A stretch of DNA of 64,000 nt from positions 1 to 64,000 of IMG/VR virus record IMGVR_UViG_3300035152_000033; one strand, given 5' to 3'. Of this stretch, positions 39,550-48,264 are shown one piece after another (the stretch's first letter is position 1; the number at the start of each line of letters is the position of its first letter). The position numbers were made by a program, and so were the translations under genes. Origin of the DNA: a virus. Its lineage: Duplodnaviria > Caudoviricetes. The notes beneath the pieces were generated by a model, which was given only the letters and a program-made list of their open reading frames with translations, was not told the origin of the DNA and made no database searches.

Positions 39550-39705
39550 TTAAAAATTACCTTTCTCATCACAGCTAACAATAAACTCCTGTTGACATTT
39601 AATACATACAACTTTAATATGCCAACCATCAAACATCTTTACAGGCTCAGCACCTATAGCAACTACTAAGGTACCACCACAGCCCACTACTCTACATACT
39701 TCCAT
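39550..39705 (-). CDS. Zinc-ribbon microprotein (51 aa)
   Basis: CRVVGC...CIKC; GAGGAAGCTAAGAA-ATG; read manually. Confidence 0.55.
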   Translation of the reverse strand: MEVCRVVGCGGTLVVAIGAEPVKMFDGWHIKVVCIKCQQEFIVSCDEKGNF

Positions 39706-39720
39706 TTCTTAGCTTCCTCT

Positions 39721-40065
39721 CTAATTTTCAGCAAATAAATCAAGACCCAAAAGCTCACCATCTCTTTTACTTTTATCACAATAATCCCTATACTTACCCT
39801 CTATTCTACCAAAGACTACAGTAACAGCATGATGCAACTTAGTTTTATTTAAATAGTTATCTAAATAAATAACCCAAATTTCACTATCAAAAGTAGCCTC
39901 TAATAAATCAAGAGTAGAATCATCAATAAGCTTTTCACTTATTAAAACATTCATTTTATCATTGAACTTAAACACATAAGCATAAGTTGACTTTTTAGCT
40001 TTAAGCCAACTAGATAAAATAACATGCCTTACTAAGCCTTTACTACTATTTTTAAGCTCTCTCAT
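39721..40065 (-). CDS. Hypothetical protein
   Basis: ORF behind class II promoter. Confidence 0.55.
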   Translation of the reverse strand: MRELKNSSKGLVRHVILSSWLKAKKSTYAYVFKFNDKMNVLISEKLIDDSTLDLLEATFDSEIWVIYLDNYLNKTKLHHAVTVVFGRIEGKYRDYCDKSKRDGELLGLDLFAEN

Positions 40066-40080
40066 AATATCACCTCAGAT

Positions 40081-40112
40081 ATTATACCTGAAAAGAATTA
40101 AAAAAGCCTGTT
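40081..40112 (-). promoter_or_regulatory. Class II promoter
   Basis: TAACA ggcttttttaattcttttcagg TATAAT. Confidence 0.55.
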
Positions 40113-40293
40113 AATCTTTTATATTTAAATGTAATTTTTTTAATTCCTCCAATGACTTATCAGCATAGCTTTTATAATCATATATAATGCTGATATATTG
40201 TTCACCTAAACTTGCAATTTGATCATTACAATAAGTAAGTTTAACTTGATTATCTTCTATTATTGATATACTAAAAAATCATATCTTAACATT

Positions 40294-40560
40294 TCAATCC
40301 TCCAATAAATTTAAAGTATGTCTAACAGCTTCCTTATGGGTAAAAGGTTCTTTTCTTTCTTTTCGATCAGTGACAAAACCCATAAACAAACTTTTAAATT
40401 TATTTATATCAGTCTTAAATAACCTTTTGCTTCCTCTATAATAAGACTTACCAACTTCTATAGCATAATCTACAGCGGACCAGTTAACACCATCTTTAGA
40501 CTTATACTTTAAAGGTTCCCCTCTGTCTCTTCTTTTCTTATTTCCTCTACTCATAATCAT
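40294..40560 (-). CDS. Basic hypothetical protein
   Basis: ORF with GGAGG RBS. Confidence 0.55.
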   Translation of the reverse strand: MIMSRGNKKRRDRGEPLKYKSKDGVNWSAVDYAIEVGKSYYRGSKRLFKTDINKFKSLFMGFVTDRKERKEPFTHKEAVRHTLNLLED

Positions 40561-40574
40561 TCCTCCAATAAATA

Positions 40575-40823
40575 TTATTTATTCATATATCCAACTTGCC
40601 AGGCATTAAGCCAAACCAATAAACAGTTATCAACTACAACCATCTTATCAATAGCAGAGGCAGCCACATAAATATCGCCCTGCAAAGCTGTTTTATTTTT
40701 CACCTTCTCAGAATAACAAATAACTAAACCCTTCCCATCTAAGATCACTTTATCATGAGAAGTATATGCCTTACTCTGATTACCAAAATAACAAGTTATA
40801 CTCTTAATATTAGTACTCTCCAT
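40575..40823 (-). CDS. Hypothetical protein
   Basis: ORF with RBS. Confidence 0.55.
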   Translation of the reverse strand: MESTNIKSITCYFGNQSKAYTSHDKVILDGKGLVICYSEKVKNKTALQGDIYVAASAIDKMVVVDNCLLVWLNAWQVGYMNK

Positions 40824-40834
40824 AAAAATCTCCT

Positions 40835-40952
40835 TTCACGCACTAAAGGGCATTCCTTTAGGGAATACCCTTAACGCTGTTTAATTAATTAATATTGCCA
40901 ATTATCAATATGATTATACACATATTATATAAACAGGTACTACACTTGTCAA
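40835..40952 (-). promoter_or_regulatory. Consensus promoter TTGACA-17-TATAAT with structured leader or sRNA
   Basis: Promoter 40924-40952; hairpins ATATTG/CAATAT and AAGGGTATTCC/GGAATGCCCTT. Confidence 0.6.
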
Positions 40953-41203
40953 GTCTCATCTACCCAATATGAACATATCACATTAGCATCAGCTAACTTA
41001 CCCAAAATTCTTTTATATTTAAACACACTAATCTGATGTTTAAAATACGTATCGTATAAACTCTGAGTATTATGAAACATATAATTTTCTATTATCAGCA
41101 TTTTAATAAAATAATACTTGAGATACACCCAGATAACAAACCCTAGACTCAGGGCCACAGAACAAAACCCAATAAGTAGAATTAATTTAACAATTTTAAT
41201 CAT
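40949..41203 (-). CDS. Membrane-anchored hypothetical protein
   Basis: N-terminal TM segment. Confidence 0.5.
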   Translation of the reverse strand: MIKIVKLILLIGFCSVALSLGFVIWVYLKYYFIKMLIIENYMFHNTQSLYDTYFKHQISVFKYKRILGKLADANVICSYWVDET

Positions 41204-41287
41204 CTCCTCACACCAAAAAAGATTATACCCCAGACAGTATAATCTTTAACAAATTTAGAAGGCTTTTTAGTTCTTCCCCTCATAACC

Positions 41288-41319
41288 ATTATACCTTAAA
41301 AACTGAAAGATAACAAGTT
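41288..41319 (-). promoter_or_regulatory. Class II promoter
   Basis: GTAACT-N22-TATAAT. Confidence 0.5.
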
Positions 41320-41334
41320 ACAAAGAAATTATTC

Positions 41335-41724
41335 TCAGCTTCCTTGCTTATCTTTCTTTTGCCAGGGTTTAAACTCTTCTATCTTTTCAGCTAAAGTAAA
41401 TCCATTACCATCGAAACAGATCGCCCTATCATCTATAGTCAAATAAGCCGCCTTCTTATGTGCTGATATTTCATCATAATAAATATTATGCTCAGCACAA
41501 TAATCCTTAATAGCTTGTATACCTTCCTTATGAGTACACCTTGATGAATAAATAACTATCTCAAACTTTCCACTATCTTTTAATTCATCTATACACTCTT
41601 TCATCCCTTTAACAACGGGATCAGGAGCCATATCAACTCCATGCCAGCCACTAGTATAAGAATGTATAACTCCATCAAAATCAAACAACAATCTTAATTT
41701 ATTCATTTCTTTTTTAGTCTCCAT
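41335..41724 (-). CDS. HAD-superfamily phosphatase
   Basis: FDFDGVIH (motif I), IYSSR, K..A...IDDRA. Confidence 0.85.
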   Translation of the reverse strand: METKKEMNKLRLLFDFDGVIHSYTSGWHGVDMAPDPVVKGMKECIDELKDSGKFEIVIYSSRCTHKEGIQAIKDYCAEHNIYYDEISAHKKAAYLTIDDRAICFDGNGFTLAEKIEEFKPWQKKDKQGS

Positions 41725-41761
41725 AAAGACCTCCTATAAAATAATATTCTTAGCTTCCTTA

Positions 41762-41886
41762 AACAAAGAAATAGCAGGATTTTTATCCCACTATTTCCCC
41801 CATTAACTACATTTACTACTCAAATATCGATATAATATTAAATAACATATTGTTAATATTTTAAGGTAACTAGCCTTAATAAAAAG
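41762..41886 (-). ncRNA. Candidate small RNA (~120 nt)
   Basis: Behind CTTGACATATGT promoter (41893-41916); no ORF; ends in GAAATAGTGGGAT/ATCCTGCTATTTC + TTTGTTT. Confidence 0.5.
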
Positions 41887-41927
41887 AGATTACCACAGTT
41901 AATTACATATGTCAAGGATATTTCTAT

Positions 41928-42326
41928 TTACTTTAGCCAAGCCTCCTGCAACCAAACATTTTGAAAAACACCATCTTTAAAACATACTGTCATCTCAAAA
42001 CCTTCCTCACCTTTTACATTAGGAGTTCCAGCTCTTAAAATAACATGGCATTCCTCAGCAATACTTTTATCAATCACATAACAAACTTCCCAACTCTCCA
42101 ATAACTGAACAAATCTATCTTTATCCTTAATAGCAGTCATAAATTTCTCTGTGCTATCAAGCATAAACTTTTCTATATACTCCCTATCAGTAGGATTAGG
42201 AAAACTACAATATTTAGTACAATAAGGAGCCATATTTTTAATATTTTCCTTATCCTTTTCACTTAATATGACCATAATAGGCTCCTCTTCACTATTATAA
42301 ATCTTATTACCTATCTTAACTTTCAT
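41928..42326 (-). CDS. Hypothetical protein
   Basis: MKVKIGNKIYNSEEEPIMVIL, a recurrent phage N-terminus. Confidence 0.6.
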   Translation of the reverse strand: MKVKIGNKIYNSEEEPIMVILSEKDKENIKNMAPYCTKYCSFPNPTDREYIEKFMLDSTEKFMTAIKDKDRFVQLLESWEVCYVIDKSIAEECHVILRAGTPNVKGEEGFEMTVCFKDGVFQNVWLQEAWLK

Positions 42327-42436
42327 TTCTTAGCCTCCTCTATTTGTCAATTATATTATATTTTTTATGTTGTCTTGTCTCCTCTTAATGAAAAAATCCC
42401 AGGGATTAGTAAAAACCTAGTCAGCAAAACACTACA

Positions 42437-42832
42437 TTATATACAAACCTCAACTTTTTTTAAATTTCCAGGAATACTTACAGTAAACCCACACAATAGA
42501 CAGTTAATATTAGTATACATAGATTTCTCATAAGGTACCTTAGAAGCCTCTACTTTAGAAGGTATGACCTCCTTTTTCTCTATAAAAAGCTTATGTCTAG
42601 TATTGCAATGAGGACATACAAAAGTCATATTACTATTAGACTCATCAATTCTAATTTCACCTGTTGTCAAAAATAATAAAAACTTACTTATAGAATAGCC
42701 AGTTACTTTCTCAAACTCTTCCACATCTCTTTTTAAACCTTCAACACTAAGCTCATCTATTAAGGCTTTTCTTTTACCCTCATCTTTTAAAGCCTCCTTA
42801 AAATCATTTAATAACTGTTCTTTTTCATTCAT
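42437..42832 (-). CDS. Hypothetical protein with zinc ribbon
   Basis: CPHC...CLLC. Confidence 0.6.
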   Translation of the reverse strand: MNEKEQLLNDFKEALKDEGKRKALIDELSVEGLKRDVEEFEKVTGYSISKFLLFLTTGEIRIDESNSNMTFVCPHCNTRHKLFIEKKEVIPSKVEASKVPYEKSMYTNINCLLCGFTVSIPGNLKKVEVCI

Positions 42833-43020
42833 AAATATATCCTCCTATAATACACTCATTTTTTGCCTTTTAAACACCTTTTTATTTTACCCTATTAATA
42901 TAACACCCTTTACCCTATTGATTAATTTAAACCATAATTTTGGGCTAAATTTCCCAATAACTACTGTGCTGCCTTAAAGCAAAATTAATGTTTCTTCATG
43001 GTATGTTCTTATAAAATAAT

Positions 43021-43248
43021 TTAATAATCATGCCTTACATATAATTCTTTGCACTCAGGACAAAACTCCATTATTATGGAAACACCTATACTTTTCTTAT
43101 ACTCTTCCCCAAGCATACTAACCCTTAAGTCCTTATATTTATTAGCGTATAAAAGCACTTGACATTTAGGGCATTCTTTCAACCAACAACTCTTAGACCT
43201 ATATACCTTGCCTCTCATAATAGCAGTAAACTTCCTCATACTACACAC
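43021..43248 (-). CDS. Zinc-ribbon protein
   Basis: CPKC...CPEC. Confidence 0.55.
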   Translation of the reverse strand: MCSMRKFTAIMRGKVYRSKSCWLKECPKCQVLLYANKYKDLRVSMLGEEYKKSIGVSIIMEFCPECKELYVRHDY

Positions 43249-43271
43249 GCCCTTTCTATCTTAACGTTTAA

Positions 43272-43481
43272 CTAAAGTAACCATTTAATCCTCTTTAAGT
43301 ATTTCCTATAGCACCATACTTTCAATTGCATACAGTTAATACAATAAATATATCCATCCCCTTTATTAATCTCATTACACTTAGCTATTAACCAATAGAC
43401 ATATAACCTTATTCGTATATACTTAAAGCGTCTTTTTATTTTTCTCTTACAATTATTTATTCTCATGCTCAATAGTCTCAA
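43272..43481 (-). CDS. Small basic Cys-containing protein
   Basis: ORF track; CINC. Confidence 0.45.
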   Translation of the reverse strand: MRLLSMRINNCKRKIKRRFKYIRIRLYVYWLIAKCNEINKGDGYIYCINCMQLKVWCYRKYLKRIKWLL

Positions 43482-43686
43482 AATATAAGTTATGTTCTTC
43501 CTGAAAAGATAACTTATTAAACAGCTCCTCAGTTACATATAACATAGAATCTCCTGCAGTGGTACCATTAACGTCCATCTTAACATATAATCTAAAGCTT
43601 GCAGGTAAAGCCTCTTTCTTATATATCCTAAATTTAATCTCTGACACAATAACACTCCTTTCTATCTTAGCATTTAAATTCATCAT
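43453..43686 (-). CDS. Hypothetical protein
   Basis: Overlapping operon-style ORF. Confidence 0.5.
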   Translation of the reverse strand: MMNLNAKIERSVIVSEIKFRIYKKEALPASFRLYVKMDVNGTTAGDSMLYVTEELFNKLSFQEEHNLYFETIEHENK

Positions 43687-44260
43687 CCAAGAGGGTCATG
43701 GCATAAGGAAAGCCCTCCCAGTTATCTACTCCTGCATCTTCTAAAGCAGTAAGTCTAGCCTCAGATTTTCTTAGCTCCTTAACTTCCTTTTCTAACCTCT
43801 CTATCCATTCCATATGAGTAAGTTTAGCATTCAATAACTCTTTATTATTAGCCCTTAATACCTTATTATCTGCTTTTGCTCTCTGATAACTTTCTATTAA
43901 ACCCTCATCTAAAACAGTTAAGCCTTTAAGCTCTAATACTATCTGAATAAACATGGCATCCTTTAATTTTTGGAATACATTTAACTCAGCAAAAGGAACC
44001 AAACAAGCATGTTCCTTTTTTTCTCGATCAGTGACAGGAGAATACTGCCAACCATCTTTTAATTTGGCCTCCATCCACACATCATGGACCTCATAAGCAG
44101 TAATTTTAGGATTATCTAAAACCTCTTCCACAGCACATAGAACTTGATTCTTTCTTTCCTCAGACAAATTATCATAAGTCTCAATACAAGACTCACTATT
44201 ACAAATACGTATAATCTGTAACAAATTAAAAGCTATCTTTGCTATATATTCTTTATCCAT
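43667..44260 (-). CDS. RyR-domain protein with coiled coil and GVDNWEG tail
   Basis: HDVWMEAKLKDGWQYSPVTDREKKEHACLVPFAEL...QKLKD. Confidence 0.8.
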   Translation of the reverse strand: MDKEYIAKIAFNLLQIIRICNSESCIETYDNLSEERKNQVLCAVEEVLDNPKITAYEVHDVWMEAKLKDGWQYSPVTDREKKEHACLVPFAELNVFQKLKDAMFIQIVLELKGLTVLDEGLIESYQRAKADNKVLRANNKELLNAKLTHMEWIERLEKEVKELRKSEARLTALEDAGVDNWEGFPYAMTLLDDEFKC

Positions 44261-44520
44261 TAATAAAATTTCCCCTTATACTTTATATTTTGTGTAGCGG
44301 TAATAATACTATTATCCTTCCCATAATTAATCTGACCTATATTATTTTTATGTTTAACTACCTCTTTTCCATCTTCCATAGTATCATTGATATTATCTAT
44401 TATTTCATTTACTAAGATAATCTCAGATTTTAACTCTGTAATTTCCAGAGCCTTATTTACAGTCTTTAACATACTTATAATTTCTCTCTTAAGTCCATCT
44501 CTCTTAGCCATTTTTAGCAC
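44260..44520 (-). CDS. Hypothetical protein
   Basis: ORF. Confidence 0.5.
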   Translation of the reverse strand: MLKMAKRDGLKREIISMLKTVNKALEITELKSEIILVNEIIDNINDTMEDGKEVVKHKNNIGQINYGKDNSIITATQNIKYKGKFY

Positions 44521-44525
44521 TCCTT

Positions 44526-44687
44526 TTATTTAATTTTTCTATCACAAAGAGGACAATAATAACTTCCCTCTTTTAATACCATACAACTATTATGGATATT
44601 TGCCCCACAATCACAGATTCCAAAGACAGTCTCATGCAATAGACCACTACAAGCATTACATATTAAAAATCCATCTTTATCAAACAT
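44526..44687 (-). CDS. PHD/RINGv-like C4HC3 microprotein (53 aa)
   Basis: ICNAC...ICDCGANIHNSC...YYCPLC; read manually. Confidence 0.6.
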   Translation of the reverse strand: MFDKDGFLICNACSGLLHETVFGICDCGANIHNSCMVLKEGSYYCPLCDRKIK

Positions 44688-44722
44688 ATCCACATTAAAA
44701 GCTCCTTTTTATCTTTATTCAT

Positions 44723-44866
44723 TTAATCATCCCTTTCCATAACATCCCTTGTATAATCCTCAAACTCTGCCTCATCTGAAATATACGTCTGGCATACAGG
44801 ACACCAACCGCTACCGTCATCAATAATAAAGTCACAATAAGGACACTCTTCACTAAAAAAATCCAT
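44723..44866 (-). CDS. Zinc-ribbon microprotein (47 aa)
   Basis: CPYC...WCPVC; GGAGGTG RBS; read manually. Confidence 0.6.
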   Translation of the reverse strand: MDFFSEECPYCDFIIDDGSGWCPVCQTYISDEAEFEDYTRDVMERDD

Positions 44867-44880
44867 GCTTAAACACCTCC

Positions 44881-45252
44881 TTAAAATATAAGATGAGGAC
44901 AACTAAAAGCCGCCTCTACTTCAATTAATATAATAAAATCACCTGACTGTATACCAGGTAAAATCTCATTAATTTTTTTAACCGTAACCTCAGCGGCAAT
45001 ACTTACCATATCACTACAAGAAGTATTATAATAACCCTCTGAGTAATACTTACCGCTTCTTTTAAAGTAAGTTAGTTTTACTCTATACATTTCCTTTTTC
45101 TCCCCTTTACAGCAAGGACAACACATATACTTGTGAATAGTCTCACAATAACAAGTCAAGTCCCCGCATTTTTCACAGCCACCAGAAAAACATCTGTTAT
45201 CAGATAAAGAAATTTCCTTGGGAATGCTTAATATTTTAGAGCAATCAGCCAT
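44881..45252 (-). CDS. Cys-rich hypothetical protein
   Basis: Start moved to MADC after AGGAGG; VKLTYFKRSGKYYSEG C-terminal part. Confidence 0.6.
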   Translation of the reverse strand: MADCSKILSIPKEISLSDNRCFSGGCEKCGDLTCYCETIHKYMCCPCCKGEKKEMYRVKLTYFKRSGKYYSEGYYNTSCSDMVSIAAEVTVKKINEILPGIQSGDFIILIEVEAAFSCPHLIF

Positions 45253-45267
45253 AAACACCTCCTTAAT

Positions 45268-45299
45268 ATTATACCTACCATTAAACAAAAAAGCATGTA
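45268..45299 (-). promoter_or_regulatory. Class II promoter
   Basis: GTACA tgcttttttgtttaatggtagg TATAAT. Confidence 0.55.
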
Positions 45300-45329
45300 C
45301 AATTTAAAAATTATACATGCCCTAATTCT

Positions 45330-45641
45330 TTAAATCAAACCTGACCAATTATTATAAGTTCTACCATTATCATTGGCAAATAATATATAACAGTTTAACT
45401 CATTATCCCATATAAATTTAGAATTAAAGTAACCCTGCCCAGTCTTTAAAGTGCCAGTTATACATTTAAAGTCTGGTATCTTTTTAGTTACCTTATATCT
45501 AGCCTCTAGATAATCCACCAGATCATAAACATCATCTAAAAAGATACCTCTAGATAAATTTTGAATCCTCTTATCATCAGCAAAAAACTTTCTCTCAACT
45601 CTATTCTTACACACCATTACTTTTAGTTCTTTCATTCCCAT
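45330..45641 (-). CDS. Hypothetical protein
   Basis: First gene behind class I promoter. Confidence 0.6.
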   Translation of the reverse strand: MGMKELKVMVCKNRVERKFFADDKRIQNLSRGIFLDDVYDLVDYLEARYKVTKKIPDFKCITGTLKTGQGYFNSKFIWDNELNCYILFANDNGRTYNNWSGLI

Positions 45642-45655
45642 TCCCTCCTAAAAAT

Positions 45656-45701
45656 TTTATCTTATGATTTAATTATACACCTATCCTTGACATATGTCAA
45701 G
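45656..45701 (-). repeat. 46-bp class I promoter repeat (perfect palindrome; contains upstream gene stop)
   Basis: Same layout; the TGA of TTGACA is the stop of 45697..46515. Confidence 0.9.
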
Positions 45702-46515
45702 CATTAAGGTTATATTTCTCCACCAATTCTAAAAGCCTGGTATCTAACTTAGCCTTATTTTTTTCCCCACTATAAATAACTAAATAATAGTTTGTTTCAT
45801 CTACACTATTACTAGTGTTATAGCTATCCCAATAATGCTCTTTTATAAGAACAGCATAAGTATTACTTAATGTAAAATTAGGCTTGCATTCTTCTTCCTC
45901 AGGAGTTTCAGTGTCTCCATTATTTGAGTACTCATAATAATATTCAAATCCACAATGAAGATCATCACCATATAATATAGTATCCTCCTGTAATTTCCCT
46001 TCTTCTCCTGCCCATGAATGCTTTCTCGTATAATCAATAAGAGTCATTCTTTTAGCAAATTCCTTATAATCAGTTGTGAATTCTACTTCTACATCCATAA
46101 TAGACAAATCTATATTATCCACTATAGAATGTATAAAATTTTCATCTTCTATCTTAGAGGCTCTGATAATTTTCTCTGTCAATCTGGCTTTCTTTTCTGT
46201 CTCCGTTAAAGCCAGATAATTATTATATTCCTCTTCTTTCTCAGACACATAATCTCTCCATCTATGAGAGACATAGATATAGTCTTTATCCACAGAATCA
46301 ATATAATATCTGTGAACTTCATCCTCAGATATATAAACATTTCTACCTCTGACAAGAGGCATGACAAACTCAGGCTTATAAATCTTGATAAACTCAGATT
46401 TATGATCTCTAAATGTATCAGAGACAAACTCCAATACATTTTCAAAAATAGCATTTACTTCTATAACATCAAGACCAGTTAACTGGCCTATAATTTCTTT
46501 TTGTAAAATCTTCAT
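45697..46515 (-). CDS. Hypothetical acidic protein
   Basis: ORF with GGAGGAG RBS. Confidence 0.65.
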   Translation of the reverse strand: MKILQKEIIGQLTGLDVIEVNAIFENVLEFVSDTFRDHKSEFIKIYKPEFVMPLVRGRNVYISEDEVHRYYIDSVDKDYIYVSHRWRDYVSEKEEEYNNYLALTETEKKARLTEKIIRASKIEDENFIHSIVDNIDLSIMDVEVEFTTDYKEFAKRMTLIDYTRKHSWAGEEGKLQEDTILYGDDLHCGFEYYYEYSNNGDTETPEEEECKPNFTLSNTYAVLIKEHYWDSYNTSNSVDETNYYLVIYSGEKNKAKLDTRLLELVEKYNLNA

Positions 46516-46544
46516 AATATTCTTCTCCTCCTATAAAATTTAAT

Positions 46545-47096
46545 TTAAAAGCACTCCACTACAAAATGTAAATGGTTTTCCTCATAAAAGGCCCATATAT
46601 TACATATAGATTCTTTAGAATACACCAACATATAAGCACCATACCCACCCTCTATAGGACGAGACAAGTAAATTCGTTCTGTATGTGTCTGTTGAAAAAT
46701 TTCATATAATTCTTGATGGATAACATAAATTTTACTATGTTCGGGTTTCGTAGATGGAATTTTACTAGTTTGCAAATCTTTCAGCAAATCCTTTAATTGA
46801 TAAAGGGTCGAAAATGTTCCACCTAAAACCTTACTATTTCTTTTGGCCTCTTCTCTCTGCATTTCAAAAGACACTCTATTATTATTAAAATAAATCACAT
46901 CTGCCTCAGTAATATGCAACTCTCTAGCTATATCCTCAACCTGTTTACCTCTGGCTTTATAAATTCTAGCTAGAGAAGCCTTAGAAGCTTTAAATTTAAT
47001 TAATTCTTTAATCATAGCCATTTCAGCTCTATTATGAAGACCTTCCAATCTTCCTAACTCTTCTAACTCATCTAACAAATCTTTATAATTTTTCAT
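46545..47096 (-). CDS. Hypothetical protein with possible HTH
   Basis: GKQVEDIARELHIT. Confidence 0.6.
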   Translation of the reverse strand: MKNYKDLLDELEELGRLEGLHNRAEMAMIKELIKFKASKASLARIYKARGKQVEDIARELHITEADVIYFNNNRVSFEMQREEAKRNSKVLGGTFSTLYQLKDLLKDLQTSKIPSTKPEHSKIYVIHQELYEIFQQTHTERIYLSRPIEGGYGAYMLVYSKESICNIWAFYEENHLHFVVECF

Positions 47097-47117
47097 ATAA
47101 ATCTCTCCTTTAAAATT

Positions 47118-47163
47118 TTTATCTTATGATTATATATTAGCATTTTCCTTTACATATGTCAAG
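47118..47163 (-). repeat. 46-bp class I promoter repeat
   Basis: CTTGACATATGTAAAG...TAATAT...CATAAGATAAA. Confidence 0.9.
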
Positions 47164-47218
47164 CTTTTATTTAAAAAAATAAGAGGGTATATTTAATACC
47201 CTCTCAGCTTCCTTAATA

Positions 47219-47437
47219 CTATTTTACCCAATTTACTACATGAATAATTAAGTTATATTCATACTCACCTAAAGGCTCTTTTAACTTAAGTTTTTGATAA
47301 CTTATAATATTTGCCATAGGTACCGTTAAATTATCTATAGTTATTCCTGTAGAATTAATAATACACTCCGCTCCTTCACCTATAAAAGGCTTACCTTCAT
47401 GGTATAATGCTACCTGAGCTTTAAATTTATCAAACAT
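47219..47437 (-). CDS. Hypothetical protein
   Basis: ORF followed by terminator GAGAGGGTAT/ATACCCTCTT. Confidence 0.55.
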   Translation of the reverse strand: MFDKFKAQVALYHEGKPFIGEGAECIINSTGITIDNLTVPMANIISYQKLKLKEPLGEYEYNLIIHVVNWVK

Positions 47438-47453
47438 TTAATCATCCTTTCTA

Positions 47454-47600
47454 TTATAAAACATATTCCTCATAAAAATCCTCAATGGAATAAGTCTCCC
47501 AGGAATCCCCATTATTAACCTCAACACAATCCCCATGACAAACAAAATTACCAGGGTCCACCTTACAAAAAGTCTCTACCATATCCAACATACTACTCAT
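47454..47600 (-). CDS. Hypothetical microprotein (48 aa)
   Basis: AGGAGG RBS; read manually. Confidence 0.5.
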   Translation of the reverse strand: MSSMLDMVETFCKVDPGNFVCHGDCVEVNNGDSWETYSIEDFYEEYVL

Positions 47601-47613
47601 AATATTCCTCCTA

Positions 47614-48231
47614 TTAATTATGTTCTGCTTTTAATATACCGATTCTCACCGCTTCATCCACAGGCAATATATCAGCCAATAAGGCTATATTCTCTTGAAT
47701 TTTATCTCTTTTAGCTAAAACAGAAGTATCTGCTTTTTGCCAATCCTCCCATTTAGAAACACCACAAGCAAACTTTATTTGTTTAGCTACTTCCGCTATA
47801 TATTTACCAAAAGCTTTCTTATTACTAAACTTAGCATACAAGGCACCCGACATTTTAGTATAACTATCTCCACTTTCATTCCTATATCTTAGCAAATAAT
47901 CATATAACCAAGAATAAGTTTCAATTTTTAACTTAGGGCTTATAGCCAAAGCCAAATCTATAAATAAATAAGGATGGACCCAAGTATGTTTACCTCTACC
48001 TCTACCAGCTATTTTTACTTTACATTTAAACTTATTCTCTAACTCTGCCATAAAATCTATGGTACCTTTTTGCCTAAACCACTCAGATAAACTAAAAGGA
48101 GCCAATCCATTATACAACCGCCATTGATTACCTGCCTTTGTCAAATCAGTCGCAGACAAAAACTCACTTTTAGATTTTTGAGCTATTTCCATGTTAAATA
48201 ATTTACGTTTCATAATAACCTCTGTTTTCAT
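47614..48231 (-). CDS. KilA-N domain DNA-binding protein
   Basis: FLSATDL...WFRQKGT..F...GRGKHTWVHPYLFIDLALAISPK. Confidence 0.9.
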   Translation of the reverse strand: MKTEVIMKRKLFNMEIAQKSKSEFLSATDLTKAGNQWRLYNGLAPFSLSEWFRQKGTIDFMAELENKFKCKVKIAGRGRGKHTWVHPYLFIDLALAISPKLKIETYSWLYDYLLRYRNESGDSYTKMSGALYAKFSNKKAFGKYIAEVAKQIKFACGVSKWEDWQKADTSVLAKRDKIQENIALLADILPVDEAVRIGILKAEHN

Positions 48232-48264
48232 AAAAACCTCCTATAAAATATGTGTTTTCAGAGA

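Noticed and set aside
41866-41882. TAAGGCTAGT resembling the Cas9 tracrRNA nexus
   Set aside because: Only about 10 nt, with no anti-repeat or following tracr hairpins; explained by a local hairpin
6308-46454. Nested minus-strand ORFs 6308..6517, 11563..11754, 30478..30681, 46206..46454
   Set aside because: Alternative frames inside longer genes, with L/M/I-rich off-frame composition
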